Shown piece by piece: positions 17,381 to 27,548 of a stretch of DNA of 64,000 nucleotides (position 1 is the stretch's first letter; every line of letters starts with the position of its first letter). Under the pieces are notes generated by a model. It saw only the letters and a program-made list of their open reading frames with translations, was not told the origin of the DNA and searched no databases. The DNA is from a virus. A program made the position numbers and the translations under genes. The stretch covers positions 1-64,000 of the IMG/VR virus record IMGVR_UViG_3300044259_000094; one strand, 5' to 3'.

Positions 17381-17637
17381 TGAACAGGTTCCTTGTAGCT
17401 TGGGTCATACATTGGACATGGAGTGTCGAGTCTCCAATGTGACTCGAAGCCACATTTGCAGGTGTAGTGCCAGTGAAGCTCTGTGGCACGGAAAGACTCG
17501 ACGAGGTTGTTGGTGTGCATCTTACGCTTGCACTCCGGGCAGGTACACTCCCATCCGTAGTGGTTCAGAACAGCTAGCTCCTTTTTAGCGAGCTGGCGGT
17601 GCTCCCACCAGTGCAGTAACCGCTTGATAAGGTTCAT
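17365..17637 (-). CDS. zinc-ribbon protein
   Basis: CPEC...CKCG. Confidence 0.7.
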   Translation of the reverse strand: MNLIKRLLHWWEHRQLAKKELAVLNHYGWECTCPECKRKMHTNNLVESFRATELHWHYTCKCGFESHWRLDTPCPMYDPSYKEPVQCPIS

Positions 17638-17640
17638 GAA

Positions 17641-18150
17641 TCACCATTTCGGTTCGAGGTCTTCACGGCGTTGTTTCATGTACTTGTGGATGACTTTAGG
17701 GTCTTCCTCAAGCTCCAACATCAGGAGGATTTCATCGAGAGCCTTGACCGGATCGACGTTGGCTTTCGCAATCTTTTCCCGGCGCTCATTAAGCTCGGAC
17801 GCTTCGATTGTAATCAGGTTTCGATCAACGACGAGCTGGCTTTCCATGTTGGCGAGCTGTTCGCCAAGCTCAGCAAGCTCTTTCTCCTTGCGGTTCATTT
17901 CGTTTTCACGACGACGCCAGGTGTTCTCTTTTTCTTGGATGATGTTCGCTTGACGATGGGCGTACTCAAGCTTGTCGATTGCCTTGATGGTCAGGTGTTC
18001 CAGATCCTCAACGGCGATCGCCAGGTCTTTCATATCCCGAACCCAGCTAAAGTCATAACCGATACCATGATCGGTTTCTTTCCACTTTCTCTCGGGCCTG
18101 GTGGAGTAATCGTCCGAGTAGTCGTCTGGGTATTCGTCGTAGGTATTCAC
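17641..18150 (-). CDS. coiled-coil protein, paralog of 18152-18517
   Basis: C-terminal LLMLELEEDP...PKW. Confidence 0.75.
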   Translation of the reverse strand: MNTYDEYPDDYSDDYSTRPERKWKETDHGIGYDFSWVRDMKDLAIAVEDLEHLTIKAIDKLEYAHRQANIIQEKENTWRRRENEMNRKEKELAELGEQLANMESQLVVDRNLITIEASELNERREKIAKANVDPVKALDEILLMLELEEDPKVIHKYMKQRREDLEPKW

Positions 18151-18151
18151 T

Positions 18152-18517
18152 TCACCACTCCGGGATGATCATGCCGAACTGCTTGCGGATGTTGAGTGCG
18201 ATGGTCATCGGGTCTTCATCCAGCTCCAACTGGAGCAGAACCTCGCGAATGATATTGACCTCTTCGAGAAGGTTTCGCTCTTTGATCCAGTCTGAGATTG
18301 CAGAGGCTTTAGCTTTTCGAAGGTTCTCAACATCGCGGTTGTGAGCTACAACCTGATCAGCGAGCTGTGCCATTGCTGCGGCTTTATCAGACTCGAACTT
18401 GGCTGTGTCCGCTGCCAACTGCCGCTGCAAAGCCTCGATATTCCGAAGCTTTGCATCGGAGTCAAGCAGCGCACGTTGCCGGATCATATCGGCTTGCTTG
18501 CGCTGCTTGGCGTTCAT
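18152..18517 (-). CDS. coiled-coil protein, paralog of 17641-18150
   Basis: C-terminal LLQLELDEDP...PEW. Confidence 0.75.
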   Translation of the reverse strand: MNAKQRKQADMIRQRALLDSDAKLRNIEALQRQLAADTAKFESDKAAAMAQLADQVVAHNRDVENLRKAKASAISDWIKERNLLEEVNIIREVLLQLELDEDPMTIALNIRKQFGMIIPEW

Positions 18518-19413
18518 CAGTTGACGGTCCCGTTACCTTGAACCAGGGTGGAGGTAGCTTTCGCTTCGGCCGGCATATCTGCCGTACTTTCTTCCATCGC
18601 CTCTTCGCCGATGCCCATGCGTCGCTGAATGGAGTGCATCAGCGAAGACGGTACACATTCAGCAACTTCATCGGGGCTAAGATGCCACAGCGCTACCGTT
18701 GGACAGGCGATTGCCTGCTTGGCGGCGATGATGGACTCAACGGTCGAACAGAGCTGTGCGACACCCATGCGGCGGTCAACAGCGTGCATGGTCATCGCTT
18801 TGGACATCGCGCCGGTGATCTGATTGGCGAAGGATGAATGAGCGTCTTCGAGAACTACTTTCGGCAGGCCGGTCTTCACTTCAACTTGCAGCGCGCCGAA
18901 TTCAACCTGGCCGCCGGCAGCACGAACACCCGCCGAGATAACTTTGGCGATACGAGGCTCAAGAACAGCAACGCCAACGCCACTGTGGTCATCACCCAGG
19001 TTGCGAACTTCCTGCTCTTGCTCGGCAGTCAGAGCGCCCAGCTTGGTCAGGTCTCGATCGATGCCAGTGATCATTTCGCCCAGCGGGATGAAGTGCATGG
19101 CTTTGCCGATTTCGGAGATTTCATTCAGCATGTGGTTGATCTGAATGGAGGTGACGTCGCTGAACAGCTTGGCGATCTTGGTTACACCTTCTTCGTCTTC
19201 GACAGACTCGCCGATGTCGTAGCCGTCTACCAGAATGTGAAGCAGCTCTTTGACTTTGGCCTTGTACTCGGGGCCGTAGGTAGGGTGATCAGCGAGGGCA
19301 AACTGCAACTCACCCGGGACGTTGAGAATTTGGCCTGCGCGTTCGATAACAGCCCAAGCTTCTGCTTCGGACATGGTGATGTCGTGTACATTCGTTTCCA
19401 TTTTGAGGGTCAT
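18517..19413 (-). CDS. hypothetical protein (298 aa)
   Basis: Long ORF with phage-typical codon usage and its own promoter. Confidence 0.8.
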   Translation of the reverse strand: MTLKMETNVHDITMSEAEAWAVIERAGQILNVPGELQFALADHPTYGPEYKAKVKELLHILVDGYDIGESVEDEEGVTKIAKLFSDVTSIQINHMLNEISEIGKAMHFIPLGEMITGIDRDLTKLGALTAEQEQEVRNLGDDHSGVGVAVLEPRIAKVISAGVRAAGGQVEFGALQVEVKTGLPKVVLEDAHSSFANQITGAMSKAMTMHAVDRRMGVAQLCSTVESIIAAKQAIACPTVALWHLSPDEVAECVPSSLMHSIQRRMGIGEEAMEESTADMPAEAKATSTLVQGNGTVN

Positions 19414-19456
19414 GCAATGCTCTCTTTTGTGTGTGATACAACGAACTAGAGCGCTA

Positions 19457-19490
19457 ATAGTAGCGCTCTAGTCGAGGGATTAGCTGGGGT
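19457..19490 (-). promoter_or_regulatory. phage promoter motif, -10 at hairpin apex
   Basis: ACCCCA GCTA ATCCCT N12 TACTAT; 12-bp perfect inverted repeat 19445-19472. Confidence 0.75.
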
Positions 19491-19521
19491 TAACTGCTTC
19501 TAGAGCAGCTACCTGTTCAGC

Positions 19522-21783
19522 TTATTGGCAGGCTTCGCATTCGAAGTACGAGGTAACGTCCTGCTGACCATCCGGGACTTCGACAGTCTGTGCAGCGACC
19601 ACATCCTCAAGGCGACCTACGCCATCGGTTGCACCCTGGTTGCGCAGGTAGTACGAGGTCTTCGAGCCACCTTCCCACGCTTCGGTGTACCACAGGTCGA
19701 GAGTACGACCTTTGATTTCCTTGCGACGGTACAGGTTGAGCGACTGCGACTGGTCGATCCACTTCTGACGACGGTTGTTGGCCTTGATCGACCACAGCTG
19801 ATCAACTTCCCACACGGTCTTGATCAGTTCCGGCTTGCCATACTTCCACAGCGGAGTGATCTGAGTGAAGCGACCGGACAGGTTCTCTTTGTCGATTGCG
19901 ATTTCGTTCGGCAGCTGAATGCACTCGCTGACGCCGGCGATGTTCGCAATGGTAGCGGTAGGAGCAAGAGCAGTGACGTTGCTGTTACGCATACCGTACT
20001 TCATGACATCCTCGCGCAGAAGCTGCCATTCCATCGGGCTGAACACGTTCACCTTCTGGTCTTTGGCAGTGTCGATGGTCAGGATGCCTTTCGACCACTT
20101 GGAACCCGGGAACGTCTCGTAAGCACCGCGCTCTTTGGCCAGCTCCATCGAGGACTTGGTAGCGTAGTAGCAGATCTGCTCGAAGGTTTCGTCTGCCCAT
20201 TGCAGGTGATCGTGGGTTTCCCAATCGATACCGCACTGCAACAGAGCCTCAGCATAGCCCATCACACCCAGACCAATCGGACGGTGACGGAAGTTACTGC
20301 GAGCAGCCGTCTCAGTCGGGTAGTAGTTGAGGTCGATCACGTTGTCCAGCATACGAGTCGCGGTCTTGATGGTCCGGCTCAGCTTGTCGCTGTCGATCTG
20401 ACCATTGCGAACGTGGTTGCCCAGGACGATCGAGCCCAGGTTGCAGACTGCAACTTCATCCACGTTGTTGACCAGAGTGATTTCGGTGCAGAGGTTGCTG
20501 TTGTGGACTACGCCAACGTGGTCTTGCGGGTTGCGCAGGTTGCAGGCGTCTTTGAAAGTGACCCAGGGGTAGCCAGTACGCTGCAGCTTGTCGAGGTGGT
20601 ACTTCCACACGTCCATTGCTGGCATGGTCTTGCGAGCCAGACCCGCTTGTTCAGCAGCGATGTAGGCTTTCTCGAACTCTTCGCCGTACAGGTCATGCAG
20701 ACCCGGGACATCGGTTGGGCAGAAGAAGGACCAGTCCTCGCCGGCGTTCTTACGCTTCATGAACAGGTCAGAAACCCAGGCTGCCGGGTGCAGGTTGTGG
20801 GTACGCATGTTGTCGTCGCCAGTCTGCAAACGCATATCGCAGAAGTCGAGGAAGTCGGCGTGCCAGTTTTCGAGGTACGGACTGACCGCGCCTTTACGTT
20901 TACCACCCTGGTTCACAGCTACAGCGGTCGAGTCCACGATCTTGAGGAACGGAACGACACCGTTGGACTTGCCGTTGGTGGACTTGATGATCGAACCGGC
21001 TGCGCGGACTTCGGTCCAGTCGGTACCAACACCGCCAGCCCACTTGGACAGCATGGCCGTTTGGGTGATGCCCAGGTCGAAGATCTGTTTCAGGTCGTCG
21101 GTCACGTAGGACAGGTAGCACGAGGACATCTGAGCGTGACGAGTGCCGGAGTTGAACAGAGTCGGCGTCGAAGGGATGTAATCGAACTGGCTCATGACAT
21201 CGTAGAACTCGATGGCACGTTGAGTAGGATTGTCTTCGAGAATGGCCAGGCCCATCGCTACGCGCATCCAGAAGTGCTGTGGCATTTCATAGATGGCTTT
21301 CTTCTCGCCGGCTTTCAGCGGTCGGCACAGAAGGTAGCGGTCGGCGATGGTTTGAATACCCAGATAGGCGAACTTGTCGTCACGCTCAGGGACGATAGCC
21401 GCGTTCAGAGCTTCGAGGTCGAAAAGCTTGGGGTCGGCCAGGCGGTCATCCAGTTGTTGGAAGAAGATGCCCTGGGAAATCATGGTGCGCAGGTGAGGGT
21501 ACTCGATACCACCGCCAGTGACTTGCTTGTAGATCTTCTGGCGAACGAAGCGCGCGGTTACTTGGTCGTATTCCGGCTGCTTGAGGGAAATCAGGGAGCT
21601 GGCGGTCTGGATCTGTGCGTCTGCAATCTCGCTAGTGGGCATACCATCGTAAAACTGGATGCGAAGACTGGCGTCGAGTTCAGATTGGCTGACATTCAAA
21701 CCCTTGCACGCCCATGCGCTGTGTCCCAGGATTTTGCTGATGTCGAATTCTTGTTTGGAGCCGTTGGATTTAGTGACCTGCAT
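19522..21783 (-). CDS. nrdA: class Ia ribonucleotide reductase alpha subunit with ATP cone
   Basis: VTK.NG ATP cone, TPTLFNSG, SSC, SNLCTEI, VCNLGS, APTA, YYLR, C-terminal CEAC. Confidence 0.97.
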   Translation of the reverse strand: MQVTKSNGSKQEFDISKILGHSAWACKGLNVSQSELDASLRIQFYDGMPTSEIADAQIQTASSLISLKQPEYDQVTARFVRQKIYKQVTGGGIEYPHLRTMISQGIFFQQLDDRLADPKLFDLEALNAAIVPERDDKFAYLGIQTIADRYLLCRPLKAGEKKAIYEMPQHFWMRVAMGLAILEDNPTQRAIEFYDVMSQFDYIPSTPTLFNSGTRHAQMSSCYLSYVTDDLKQIFDLGITQTAMLSKWAGGVGTDWTEVRAAGSIIKSTNGKSNGVVPFLKIVDSTAVAVNQGGKRKGAVSPYLENWHADFLDFCDMRLQTGDDNMRTHNLHPAAWVSDLFMKRKNAGEDWSFFCPTDVPGLHDLYGEEFEKAYIAAEQAGLARKTMPAMDVWKYHLDKLQRTGYPWVTFKDACNLRNPQDHVGVVHNSNLCTEITLVNNVDEVAVCNLGSIVLGNHVRNGQIDSDKLSRTIKTATRMLDNVIDLNYYPTETAARSNFRHRPIGLGVMGYAEALLQCGIDWETHDHLQWADETFEQICYYATKSSMELAKERGAYETFPGSKWSKGILTIDTAKDQKVNVFSPMEWQLLREDVMKYGMRNSNVTALAPTATIANIAGVSECIQLPNEIAIDKENLSGRFTQITPLWKYGKPELIKTVWEVDQLWSIKANNRRQKWIDQSQSLNLYRRKEIKGRTLDLWYTEAWEGGSKTSYYLRNQGATDGVGRLEDVVAAQTVEVPDGQQDVTSYFECEACQ

Positions 21784-21792
21784 TTCCAATCC

Positions 21793-21840
21793 TTACATGA
21801 TGTAGTGGGTACAATGAGCTGCACACACAACTCATTGTAT
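21793..21840 (-). promoter_or_regulatory. putative tandem NrdR boxes
   Basis: ATACAATGAGTTGTGT (21840-21825) and CCACTACATCATGTAA (21808-21793), 32 bp apart, resembling acaCwAtATaTwGtg. Confidence 0.45.
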
Positions 21841-21867
21841 CTAGAGGGCGTCGAGTATAGACGGGGT
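21834..21867 (-). promoter_or_regulatory. phage promoter motif (proximal CC degenerate)
   Basis: ACCCCG TCTA TACTCG N12 TACAAT. Confidence 0.65.
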
Positions 21868-22428
21868 TCAGACGGTATTACTAGAGCGAAGCATGGCTAC
21901 GACGGCATCGAAGTCACCTTCTTTCATGCCGGCATTGATAGCTCCGCAAGCATCCGCAAGGTGCTCGTTTGCACCGATCAAGCGCTTGCCCGAGCGTAAC
22001 CAATTGATATCTGGCCACTTGTTGGTAGCCCACTCGATCATTTCTTCCTTCTGGGCCAGCTTGTCGCCAGTAGCTTGAACCTTCACAGCTGCCGGCGTGA
22101 CCTGGATCATTGGGCAGTCGATGGTTGCAGCTAGCATACACATCGCACCATAGGACTTCATGGCGTCAGACGACTGCGATCCGATCGGCATTTCGACGAA
22201 CGCAAGCTGTGCATCTTCCACGGTTTCCCGTAAGCCTTCATAGAGAATCCGGCAGCGGTCATAATCATCCGCGCTCTTGCGGATCATCTTGAGCTTGGAC
22301 TTCTCAGTCTTGACCAGCTTGACCTCTTCCACCTCCCATTGGAGCGTGTCGATGTCCAGCCAGCCTATTGCCAGGCCAGTTGAGCGAAGTGATGGGTCAA
22401 CACCTACGATCTTGATACGGTTACTCAT
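21868..22428 (-). CDS. RuvC-like Holliday junction resolvase
   Basis: IVGVDPSLRSTGLA, FVEMP, EHLADA; start moved to MSNRIK. Confidence 0.85.
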   Translation of the reverse strand: MSNRIKIVGVDPSLRSTGLAIGWLDIDTLQWEVEEVKLVKTEKSKLKMIRKSADDYDRCRILYEGLRETVEDAQLAFVEMPIGSQSSDAMKSYGAMCMLAATIDCPMIQVTPAAVKVQATGDKLAQKEEMIEWATNKWPDINWLRSGKRLIGANEHLADACGAINAGMKEGDFDAVVAMLRSSNTV

Positions 22429-22955
22429 GCTACTTCCTTCCAGTGCTTGCCTGTCGCCGCGTTGATGATCGTTCTCCGATCGACACCGTACTTGGCAGCA
22501 AGCTTGTTGATGACCTTGCGATCCCAACCTTTGGCGTAGGCTGCACGAATGATGCGCACCTTAGCCGGGTTGAGCTTCGCACTTCTGATGCGAACACCGA
22601 ACACTATACGCCCGTGCAGTCGCTTGTCAGCCTCGTTCTCTTTCTTGGTTGCCCATTTCAGATTGAGCAACCAGTTGTTCACGCTGTTGCCGTCGATGTG
22701 ACAGCCAACGTGATCAGAGGAAGGGCGAGGGCCGGCGAACGCTTCGAGCACCAGAAGGTGAACACGAACCTTACGGCCGACACCGTGATCGTCTTCCATG
22801 TAGACGCGCATGTAGGTGATGTTTTTGTACTTCTCGGCGTACAGCTTGATGATGTACGGCTTGCCAGTACGGTTGGAACGAATCCGGCCGTACTGTGACA
22901 CCTCATACCGAGTGTAACCCGGGATGACTTTCCATACCTCAGACACTAGGTTCAT
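22425..22955 (-). CDS. NUMOD4-HNH homing endonuclease
   Basis: EVWKVIPGY..YEVSQYGRIRS; VHLLVLEAF.G...CHIDGN..NN...NLKW.T..EN. Confidence 0.9.
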   Translation of the reverse strand: MNLVSEVWKVIPGYTRYEVSQYGRIRSNRTGKPYIIKLYAEKYKNITYMRVYMEDDHGVGRKVRVHLLVLEAFAGPRPSSDHVGCHIDGNSVNNWLLNLKWATKKENEADKRLHGRIVFGVRIRSAKLNPAKVRIIRAAYAKGWDRKVINKLAAKYGVDRRTIINAATGKHWKEVA

Positions 22956-23818
22956 GCCCATCCTCCAATCTCTATCAGCGCGTTTGGTGAGTCTTCTGGG
23001 TTAAGCGTCTTGCGTACAGTCCCTACGAAGCCTTTGTAGATGCCCTCTGGATCGCTCAGAGCGCCTCTCTCAGCGAGCTTCTCTGCAATCCCCACGCATC
23101 CACTGATCAGTGGCAGAGCGTCGCAGATAACGCCGTATAGGCCGATCATAGCGGTTTCATTATTGATATTTCTTGGTCGATCTTTTGTGCTGGCTCCGAA
23201 CCCAATAACGAAGCACTCCGGGATGTCGACAAGAAAGTCCTCACGACAAGGGATTTCGCCAGCATCACCCTTGTAGTGAGCTGAGGACATGGAGAGCATA
23301 GTCTGCTTTCTACCATCCTCATGCTCTGCCGTAACAAGACCTACGAGTCGAGTTGGCAGAGAGGCTTTCTGAACCTTCCGTGTTGCTGGAGTGCCTGCTA
23401 TCTGATCTTCTTTGGTTCTCCAGACGCGAGTGACTTCAACGGTGTCGCTGTAAGCGTATCGCCAGGGCGCTCGCTTGACCAACGTCTTGGTGAATTCATC
23501 GAGAGCCTCACCGAGCCGAGCAACGTGCATGGCCAGGTCAGTAGTCTTGTCCAAGAACTGCGAGTCATGACCCAGAGTCTTGATGTACTCAGAAGCCTGG
23601 GCGCACAACTCTCTTGGAGCGGTTGCGATGTAATTGAAGAGGTCTGCGCACGCGCCACTTGGATCGCGCATGAATGGCAGCATTTGATGCTCCATCATGC
23701 GCATCTGGGCAATGTTCACAGGCTGCTCGCCAATTTCATCGCGGAGAGTCATCATCGTATCCACGAAGTTCTCGACTGTGGAACCCGGCATGAGCATTTG
23801 ATTCAGCAGGTACTTCAT
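22952..23818 (-). CDS. hypothetical protein ending in IGGWA tag
   Basis: 288-aa ORF, coupled. Confidence 0.75.
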   Translation of the reverse strand: MKYLLNQMLMPGSTVENFVDTMMTLRDEIGEQPVNIAQMRMMEHQMLPFMRDPSGACADLFNYIATAPRELCAQASEYIKTLGHDSQFLDKTTDLAMHVARLGEALDEFTKTLVKRAPWRYAYSDTVEVTRVWRTKEDQIAGTPATRKVQKASLPTRLVGLVTAEHEDGRKQTMLSMSSAHYKGDAGEIPCREDFLVDIPECFVIGFGASTKDRPRNINNETAMIGLYGVICDALPLISGCVGIAEKLAERGALSDPEGIYKGFVGTVRKTLNPEDSPNALIEIGGWA

Positions 23819-24511
23819 TTATGCCCAACCTCCGAAGCTTTCTTCACCGCCGTACATCTTGGCTCGTTCTTCGATCATCTCCTGCTTGTAGGCTTCTGGT
23901 CGAAGGATCGAACCAAGTCTGGTGTAGGACTCACGCACTTGAGGATCATCCATAGCTTTGTTCTCCAGCTTGGCTATGTAAGCGGCCAGCTCAGGACTGA
24001 CCGTGTTTAAAGCTTCACGGGTGTAGCCGATCACGCCGGTGTTGCGAGTGTTGAGCATGAGGCTCTTTTCGTAGTCCAGGTTCGTTGTCCTGAACAGGTA
24101 CACACGCTCGTCACCGACATAGAAAGCTGCCACCGGAATCCAGATTAGATCTTTGCCGCGTGCAATGAAGTGATCGTCAGGCTCAAGCATACAAGCCACC
24201 TGGGAATTCATCTTTGCGGGATTCATCCCCAGGTGACGCACTGTCTGGAACAGGCTCTGCATTTTGCGACAGAGCCAGTCCTCAGAGTTTGCATAGGCTT
24301 GAAGCGCTTCTTCACCAATCACGACATCTGGCTCACTGATCTTGCGAAGCGTCTCGATAACAACCGCACCTTTGAGAGTGCTGGTACGGACGCTCACTAC
24401 TTTGCCCATCTCCACGCGACGGATGAAGTCGCGGGAGAGAACAAAGTCCTTGCGACGGAACGAATCGCCGCACAGATCAGGACACGTATTGAGGTTCTTG
24501 ATAAGAGGCAT
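23819..24511 (-). CDS. hypothetical protein ending in FGGWA tag
   Basis: 230-aa ORF with GAGG SD. Confidence 0.75.
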   Translation of the reverse strand: MPLIKNLNTCPDLCGDSFRRKDFVLSRDFIRRVEMGKVVSVRTSTLKGAVVIETLRKISEPDVVIGEEALQAYANSEDWLCRKMQSLFQTVRHLGMNPAKMNSQVACMLEPDDHFIARGKDLIWIPVAAFYVGDERVYLFRTTNLDYEKSLMLNTRNTGVIGYTREALNTVSPELAAYIAKLENKAMDDPQVRESYTRLGSILRPEAYKQEMIEERAKMYGGEESFGGWA

Positions 24512-24525
24512 CTTGCCCTCGCAGA

Positions 24526-26463
24526 TTACAGGAAGCCGTTGGACTCAAGCGTAGCTTTGCCGCCTTTCTTGGTCACAGTCACGGCTTGACGGATAAAATC
24601 ACGGAGGTCGCTGTGACTGATAACCAGCACCGTACCCTTGTCGCGAGCCTTGTCGTCAAGAATCGCCATCAGACGCTCCAAGCCGGCCGGGTCGAGTGCG
24701 GTATCGATTTCGTCCGCGATGAACAGCTTGATCGGTTTACCAGCTCGGCTGGCTACCAGGTCTTGCAGAGCCATTGCGCAGGCGAGACGGACTTTACGCT
24801 TCTCACCACCCGACAGGTCTTTGAAGGTCTCGCCACCGGTACGGGACTGGACGTCGATCACAAACTTCTCGCGCAGTTCGCCTTTGGCGGTCTTGCTCAC
24901 TGTAGACCATACAGCATCGATGTTGCCATCGGTGAGCGTGGACAGGTAGTGACTGGTCCGGGCGTTCAGAGCTGGCGTGACCGTATCCAGGATGTGAGCA
25001 CGCACGCCTGCTGGGCTGAACACACGGAACGCTTCTTCGGCAACGAACAGGGACTTCGCCGCTTCGACGCGCTTGTCTTCGAGGTCTTCCATTTCAGCCT
25101 GGATGGTGTCGACCTGCTTGTCCAGCGCTTCGATCTGGGCAATGTAGGGGTTAACCTGCCCTTGAAGTGTAGCCAGGCGCTGACGAGAAGCCTCGACGCC
25201 GGCCTTCTGACGATTCCAATTGGTCAACCCGGCATCAAGCCGCTGCTGACTATCGCCTAAGCTCGTAAGCTCTGCTGTGAGCGCTGATACGTCTGTCATG
25301 CTGTCACGATGCGTATAAAGCGCTTTCGTCGCTGTATCGACGTTCTGCGAGCTTACAGCGAGTGCCTTTTCAGCGTCTGCGAGCGCTGTTTTGAGCTTCT
25401 CTAGCAAGGACTCATTTGCGGAATCCCGAAGAGAGAGCTTTTCAGGGTCGAGTGCGGCACCGCAAGCCTCACAACGGTCATCCTCGCAAGCATGAGCCAT
25501 AGTCTTTTCTTGCGCGGCAACACTGTACTTCGCCCGATCAACAGCATTGGCTGCATTGGACTCGACAGCAGTAGCCTTCGCTACTTCGTCAGCCAGCACA
25601 CGCTCTTGGAGACGCTCGGCATCAGACCCGGCGATCTTGCTGCGCAGGTCAGCTGCTTTGCTAGCCAGCTCAGCCTTCTTCTTGGTGATCTTGTCACCCA
25701 GGTCGGCATCGAACGCATCTTCGGCGGTCTTCACTTCCACCCGGGCTGCTTCGATCTTATCTTCCTGCTCGGTTTCCCAGCGACCCTGATCACCTTGCAG
25801 GCTCAGACGATTGCCATTGAGCAGGTCAACGTTCGACTGCTTGGTTGCGATCTTGCCGGCGAAGTCCTGTACAACCGCTTTGCGCTCTTTGACATGGCGG
25901 TTGGCGATTTCGTGGGCGTCTTGAAGCAGGGTGATGCCGGCCGATTCTTCAACCAGAACCTTGAGTTGCTTGTCAGTCATGCCTGGCAGATCGGGCATGG
26001 CTTCTTGACCGGCGTAGATGGCCGCAGCGAACACTTCCAGGTTGCAACCGATCACACGGTTCACGACTTCCTGGGTCAGCTTGTCGGTACCGCCAGTCAG
26101 GTCTTTCCAGGAGGAACCTTGCTCAAGCTCAAGGCGGAGCATGTTCTTGTAGACTTTATGCTTGCGGTAGCGGCTGATGCGGTACACATCGTCGGTGTCT
26201 TCGTCGACCACCAAGACGGAAACGGCAGTGTCTTTCTTGGCGGTACGGTTGACGAGCTTATCACCCGACTGGCCCTTCGCGGTCTCACCGAATACACACC
26301 AGCACAGAGCATCCGGGATAGAAGACTTGCCCGACCCGTTGGAATCTTGTGAGGTGTCGTCGTCATTCTTGCCCTGTATGAGAATGAGTCCCTTGTCGTT
26401 CAGCTCGACCTTGATACTGCCGATCGCCGAAAAGTTCTCAATCTCCATTCCTAGAAATTTCAT
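24526..26463 (-). CDS. SbcC/Rad50/gp46-like ABC ATPase
   Basis: NGSGKSS Walker A, CEAC zinc hook, LSGGE signature, FIADE, ISH; start moved to MKFLGM. Confidence 0.92.
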   Translation of the reverse strand: MKFLGMEIENFSAIGSIKVELNDKGLILIQGKNDDDTSQDSNGSGKSSIPDALCWCVFGETAKGQSGDKLVNRTAKKDTAVSVLVVDEDTDDVYRISRYRKHKVYKNMLRLELEQGSSWKDLTGGTDKLTQEVVNRVIGCNLEVFAAAIYAGQEAMPDLPGMTDKQLKVLVEESAGITLLQDAHEIANRHVKERKAVVQDFAGKIATKQSNVDLLNGNRLSLQGDQGRWETEQEDKIEAARVEVKTAEDAFDADLGDKITKKKAELASKAADLRSKIAGSDAERLQERVLADEVAKATAVESNAANAVDRAKYSVAAQEKTMAHACEDDRCEACGAALDPEKLSLRDSANESLLEKLKTALADAEKALAVSSQNVDTATKALYTHRDSMTDVSALTAELTSLGDSQQRLDAGLTNWNRQKAGVEASRQRLATLQGQVNPYIAQIEALDKQVDTIQAEMEDLEDKRVEAAKSLFVAEEAFRVFSPAGVRAHILDTVTPALNARTSHYLSTLTDGNIDAVWSTVSKTAKGELREKFVIDVQSRTGGETFKDLSGGEKRKVRLACAMALQDLVASRAGKPIKLFIADEIDTALDPAGLERLMAILDDKARDKGTVLVISHSDLRDFIRQAVTVTKKGGKATLESNGFL

Positions 26464-27548
26464 ACAGTCACGCTCCGTACTTCGGTCAGAATTTCGCCAC
26501 ACAGCTTGTCTACCTCAGCGGAGGTGGAGGCTGCGGCGTTGTTTTTGATCCACTCACTCACGCTTTCACCGAGCGTTGGAGCTTTAGCTGCTGCACTTGC
26601 GGTACGAGCAGTGGCGGTACCCTTCGGCACAGCGACAGCTTGAACAAGACAGCCGAGAGCACCCAGACCGGTGATGTGGTCACGGATCATGGTGATTTCG
26701 TCTTCGTCGGCCTCACCCAGACGGACACGGATGAAGTTGCCTTTGCACTGCTCAGCCGCAGTGTCGTCGTCCCAGGCAATGTCGTACTCACGGAACTCAG
26801 GAGCTTTCGACTTGGTGTGGATGACGTCGGTGTCGGTCACGATCATGTGGCCGGCGCGAGTACCGATGTCGTTCCAGGTTTGATGGGTCAGAGCGCCGCA
26901 GCTGTAGACTTCGGACTCACCCATCTTGCGATGGTTGTGGTAGTGACCGGAGAACACACGCTTGAAGCCGAAGCCTTCCAGTTCCTTGTAGTAGAAACCG
27001 TGATCCGGGATGCCAGTCAGCACGCCGTTCATTGGAGCATGGATCATCAGCGTGTAGCTGGACGCGGTGTCACCCAGGTCTTCGATTTCTTCGATAGCTG
27101 CCTTGATGTAGCTACGGACATCATCGAGGCTGTCGTACCAGGGAACCATAACCACGTTGTCGTCATGGAAGATGGTCATGTGACTGATCACCTTGACACC
27201 TTCGATAGGAGACAGTGCTTCACAGGCGTTGCTCAGGCTCTCGCTGTCACGCGATTCGAGGTCGTGGTTGCCGGTGAGAATGCGAATCTCCAAACCCAGA
27301 CCGGTCAGCTTTTCGAACAGATCTTTGGTTGGGTTCAGGACTTTCGGACTTACAGAACCACGAACGTGGAACAGATCGCCGGCGATGTACAGGCGCTTAC
27401 CACCGGCTGCGAGTACAGCTCGACCAGCTTCCAGCTCTGCATCGAGGATGTCTTGCAGACGGCTGTTGATACCCGTCGAGTAGATGTGGCTGAATTGTGA
27501 CCAGGAGTGGTTGTGACAATCAGAAATGATACCGAATGGAATGCTCAT
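26460..27548 (-). CDS. SbcD/Mre11/gp47-like nuclease
   Basis: SDCH, AGDLFH, GNHD, GHYH metallophosphoesterase motifs. Confidence 0.92.
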   Translation of the reverse strand: MSIPFGIISDCHNHSWSQFSHIYSTGINSRLQDILDAELEAGRAVLAAGGKRLYIAGDLFHVRGSVSPKVLNPTKDLFEKLTGLGLEIRILTGNHDLESRDSESLSNACEALSPIEGVKVISHMTIFHDDNVVMVPWYDSLDDVRSYIKAAIEEIEDLGDTASSYTLMIHAPMNGVLTGIPDHGFYYKELEGFGFKRVFSGHYHNHRKMGESEVYSCGALTHQTWNDIGTRAGHMIVTDTDVIHTKSKAPEFREYDIAWDDDTAAEQCKGNFIRVRLGEADEDEITMIRDHITGLGALGCLVQAVAVPKGTATARTASAAAKAPTLGESVSEWIKNNAAASTSAEVDKLCGEILTEVRSVTV

